From Deltaproteobacteria bacterium TL4 (GTDB taxonomy: Bacteria > SAR324 > NAC60-12), in NCBI GenBank assembly GCA_051382335.1, contig JBBCAX010000291.1:1-41268 (forward strand): a stretch of 41,268 bases of DNA. Direction: 5' to 3'. A model generated the notes under the pieces. It was given only the letters and a program-made list of their open reading frames with translations. It did no database searches and was not told where the DNA came from. The number at the start of each line of letters is the position of its first letter. The stretch's first letter is position 1. The position numbers were made by a program, and so were the translations under genes. Shown piece by piece: positions 39,001 through 41,268 of the stretch.

Positions 39001-41268
39001 AAGTTCATTTTCGGGAGGGACTCTGGAACTTAACGGAGGTTCTTTACGCCTCACGCCAACCCAGACCACCAACTTTAATTCGGGGACGTTAACCCTTTAC
39101 AATTCCCACCTGAGTTCAACCGTCAACGGAAGTGCCGCCACCCTCAGTTTATCCAACACCCCTACGGTAACTGAGACAGGGGGGAGTATTCAGGATATTA
39201 CGGTGAGTGGAGGAACGATAAATACGATAGGGACAACCAACCGGGGAAATAACACCAATGTTACGTTTACTTCAGGCTTTGTCATGTCGGCAATGAGTCA
39301 ACCGATTCACGAAGGAGGTGGTTCCGCGACATTCACCATGCGGTTATCCCATCAACCCACAGCCAGTGTGACCCTTGGCGTAAGCAGTTCCAACACCTCA
39401 GAAGGAACGGTTTTTCCAACAAGCCTCACCTTCACAACAGCCACCTGGAATATCAATCAAACCGTCACGGTAACTGGTGTTGACGATAATATTGTCGATG
39501 GGGATCAGACTTTCTCTGTTGTTTTATCAGCCGCGACCTCAAACGATGGTAACTTTAATAATCAAATCCCGGCAATGGTGCGTGTGACGAATGTTGATAA
39601 TGACCATCCCGGGTTTACCCTCACTTCAATTAGTGGAAACACAACAGAAGCCGGAGGCACCGCAACCTTTGCCGTCCGCATAAATGGCCACCCTTCTGAC
39701 CGTGTAACCATTGGAATGAGCAGCTCAGATATTACGGAAGGAACCATTTCAGCCTCGTCTCTTGAGTTTACAGAAGACAATTGGGAGACGACACAAACCA
39801 TAACCGTGACCGGAGTGAATGACCATAGTATTGACGGAGACCAAAGCTACTCTATTATTTTAGCACCTTCGGTCTCTAAGGACAGTAATTACAACAATCT
39901 GGTTCTTAACGCGGTTACGGTCATAAATAAAGACGATGACCGTGCTGATTTTGTCGTTAGTGCCATCAGTGGGGCTGTCAGTGAAGCGGGAACCGCCACG
40001 TTTAGTGTCAGGTTAACATCACAACCCAGTGACTCGGTTACGATTCCTCTCTCGAGTCCCGACACAGGGGAAGCCGTCGTTGATAAAGAAAGCCTTACGT
40101 TCACCAATAGCAATTGGAATCAAGACCAAATTGTGACGGTTTCTGGAGTCAACGACTCTATTCTTGATGGAACTCAAACTTTCTCTATTATCCTGGCGAA
40201 TACGACCTCCAGCGATACCCATTACCATCATCTCAACCCTGCCGATGTCGCGATATCGGTTGTGGATATTGATGTGGCCATTTTTCAAATTAGCAGCATT
40301 AGCCAGAATACAACGGAAACCGGTGGAACGGCGACGTTTACCGTAAAGTTGAGCAGTCAACCTTTCGCAAATGTCACGATTGCGCTCAGGTCTTCAGACA
40401 GTACAGAAGGTTCCGTTTCCCCCTCTTCTCTGACATTTACACCTAATAGCTGGAATATCAATCAAACCGTCACTGTTACAGGCGTTGACGATAGGGTTGT
40501 AGACGGCAATCAGAGTTATTCCATTGTATTGGAAGCCGCATCCTCTTTGGATATCCATTACAATAATCTCAATCCTAATGATGTTTCGGTGATCAATACC
40601 GATAATGATAGTGCTGAATTTGTGATCTCCAATATCAGTGGAACCACGACTGAAGCTGGCGGCACCGCCACTTTCACGGTTAACCTGACTAGTCAACCCA
40701 CAGCTACGGTAACAACAACTGTAAGCAGCTCCAATACCCATGAAGGAACAGTGGTTCCCGGTTCGTTGAGTTTCTCCGCAGGGAATTGGAATGTCAGTCA
40801 AATTGTGACTGTGACCGGCATTGACGATGAGGTCGATGATGGCGATCAACCCTATACGCTTATGATGGGAATAGCCTCTTCCGCCGATTTGAATTACAAC
40901 AACCTGAATCCCAACGACCTCAGTCTCACCAATATTGATAATGACACGGTGGGAATCACAGTCTCCGCAATCAGTGGGCATACGACAGAAAGTGGTGGCA
41001 CGGCATCCTTCACCATTAAATTGACCAGTAAACCCACAGCGAATGTCACCATTGCCGTAAGTTCTTCGGATCGTACTGAAGGAAACGTTTCCCCTTCTTC
41101 TCTGACGTTTACGCCCAATAGCTGGAATACCAACCAAACCATCACGGTTACAGGCGTGGCTGATACGGTTCCCGATAACAATCAAAGTTATTCAGTGATT
41201 CTGGCAGTGAGCTCTTCAGACAACAATTACAACCATCTCAATTCCCATAATCTGTCTGTGATCAACGA
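36074..41268 (+). CDS. Secreted M6 (immune inhibitor A-like) metalloprotease with beta-helix-like region and Calx-beta-like repeats; partial, >1730 aa
   Basis: GTG 36074: MKQIVRCVMFCGGFTLFWMVNLSYA|VPPAP..QPNG..GDEW (signal + propeptide). IGVIAHELGHAVFDLPDLYD (HELGH at 37124-37138), GIGDWGLMGGGSW, PVHLSAWSK, EYFLVENRQ, GLAVWHVD. The same frame is still open at the window end, which explains its absence from the ORF track. Confidence 0.92.
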   Translation, partial: MKQIVRCVMFCGGFTLFWMVNLSYAVPPAPGFHNFIQPNGTSFQATLHGDEWFAWIQTVEGRIVVKNPKTDFYEYAIVQKVDGEDQLLSSGMVVTVEKDENTKSNPQFQQSQPRLPPISREVLGTLWKKEVQRHQEAVRKAKEQSQNSASPSQRPRSSSSRSPSSLAPPVSSQPAVVIMVEFTDVVLQSEASIWSDKIFGTAEGQLNHYWNEISYGQFQLSRVAETEGTPNDGVLKIKLNSNHPNPGQAGMDSEFKRTLEAADVYIDFSTYDTDKNGEISDAELQVLFIVAGGEASNGTPSPHVWAHASCIYDVTPPTVDGIQVGGCSSGGYSRFGERQDTHDATIGVIAHELGHAVFDLPDLYDTDSSSEGIGDWGLMGGGSWGSKTGDAYAGETPVHLSAWSKLKVGFVDSTKVTTNSGQQIHKSTSSQYKPIKILTNTSGEYFLVENRQKDGYDRGLNVDGTFNGGLAVWHVDDNKTNNDDETHKWVDLEEANNIGLDNNAHRGHANNLFFQGNRTSFSNTSTPNSKLYSGASTGITLQNISATGNVMTVNISGGSGYECTSTQSGSFLATSTFGSDSNCGKRDNVVTIAKGHTVTWNGTGGPLIHQITIQSGGTLNITGANGVIAADVVLAGGTFAVDQALTVSGNITMNESSTLDLAAVLTYTGQQVSIGSSTLTLNGTGRLMNTDALILNKASSQLILNGTLILASVSVSGENLSTGKLEINNNATITSLALNNTSIINVAEGSTLTVSNSVTLAQSFTLELGGGGTVMLAGSGSLRLNDSSILKLTGSGGVLSQVIFLSSNAEIDVNSNFTISSISYFNNVLTDKKIDIAEGVALTLTSGLNVPNGTTTELSGSGSLIFSNAYLGLYANGTLKLTGVNGTVSDVIFWEDSVEGKIEVAQHFTISTLTLNGKSIGIDLAEGKILSLQNDFDIYSGDECTLTGAGIFSLNGTLTAYGKLKGTGTTIDFNQGSSFSGGTLELNGGSLRLTPTQTTNFNSGTLTLYNSHLSSTVNGSAATLSLSNTPTVTETGGSIQDITVSGGTINTIGTTNRGNNTNVTFTSGFVMSAMSQPIHEGGGSATFTMRLSHQPTASVTLGVSSSNTSEGTVFPTSLTFTTATWNINQTVTVTGVDDNIVDGDQTFSVVLSAATSNDGNFNNQIPAMVRVTNVDNDHPGFTLTSISGNTTEAGGTATFAVRINGHPSDRVTIGMSSSDITEGTISASSLEFTEDNWETTQTITVTGVNDHSIDGDQSYSIILAPSVSKDSNYNNLVLNAVTVINKDDDRADFVVSAISGAVSEAGTATFSVRLTSQPSDSVTIPLSSPDTGEAVVDKESLTFTNSNWNQDQIVTVSGVNDSILDGTQTFSIILANTTSSDTHYHHLNPADVAISVVDIDVAIFQISSISQNTTETGGTATFTVKLSSQPFANVTIALRSSDSTEGSVSPSSLTFTPNSWNINQTVTVTGVDDRVVDGNQSYSIVLEAASSLDIHYNNLNPNDVSVINTDNDSAEFVISNISGTTTEAGGTATFTVNLTSQPTATVTTTVSSSNTHEGTVVPGSLSFSAGNWNVSQIVTVTGIDDEVDDGDQPYTLMMGIASSADLNYNNLNPNDLSLTNIDNDTVGITVSAISGHTTESGGTASFTIKLTSKPTANVTIAVSSSDRTEGNVSPSSLTFTPNSWNTNQTITVTGVADTVPDNNQSYSVILAVSSSDNNYNHLNSHNLSVIN
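39275..41268 (+). repeat. At least six ~112-aa Calx-beta/cadherin-like repeats
   Basis: Units start near 39275, 39611, 39947, 40280, 40616 and 40952: TTE.GGTATFTV.L.SQP...V......EG.V.P.SLTF....WN..QT.TVTGVDD...DG.Q.YSI. Confidence 0.85.

Noticed and set aside
36137..41185. All ORF-track entries beyond 36.1 kb, including the 263-aa ORF at 40394-41185
   Set aside because: They are off-frame or antisense to the long M6 protease frame starting at 36074.

Overview
Bacterial chromosomal window; the gene style suggests a deltaproteobacteria-like/SAR324-type organism, but that is a guess. It has three parts. (1) 1-8.8 kb: a nitrogen-related module, made of a NifA-like sigma54 activator divergent from a RecA/KaiC-like + PEP-synthase/PPDK-N-type ATP-grasp protein and NADP-type gdhA. 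A near-consensus sigma54 promoter and phased TGTHA repeats lie in the divergent intergenic region, and decayed IS elements bracket the module. (2) 9-35.4 kb: a signalling and surface-protein cluster containing a REC-HisKA_3 hybrid kinase, a NarL-type regulator, a stand-alone receiver, a Slam/DUF560-like beta-barrel, an inserted DUF1778/GNAT toxin-antitoxin pair, a free FecR-domain protein, a CHASE2 histidine kinase and four lipoproteins, including a 1342-aa Vps62-like/VWA protein and a 3683-aa repeat protein. (3) 35.7 kb to the end: two nested MITEs, each with an 8-bp target duplication and REP-like cargo, then a >1700-aa secreted M6 metalloprotease with Calx-beta-like repeats that runs off the window and is missing from the ORF track. 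The best candidates for an undescribed system are the barrel-FecR-CHASE2-kinase-cascade-giant-lipoprotein locus, the activator-dikinase-like-GdhA module, and the MITE-borne REPs with a likely parental IS in the same window. All family assignments come from recognising motifs by eye; no searches were run.
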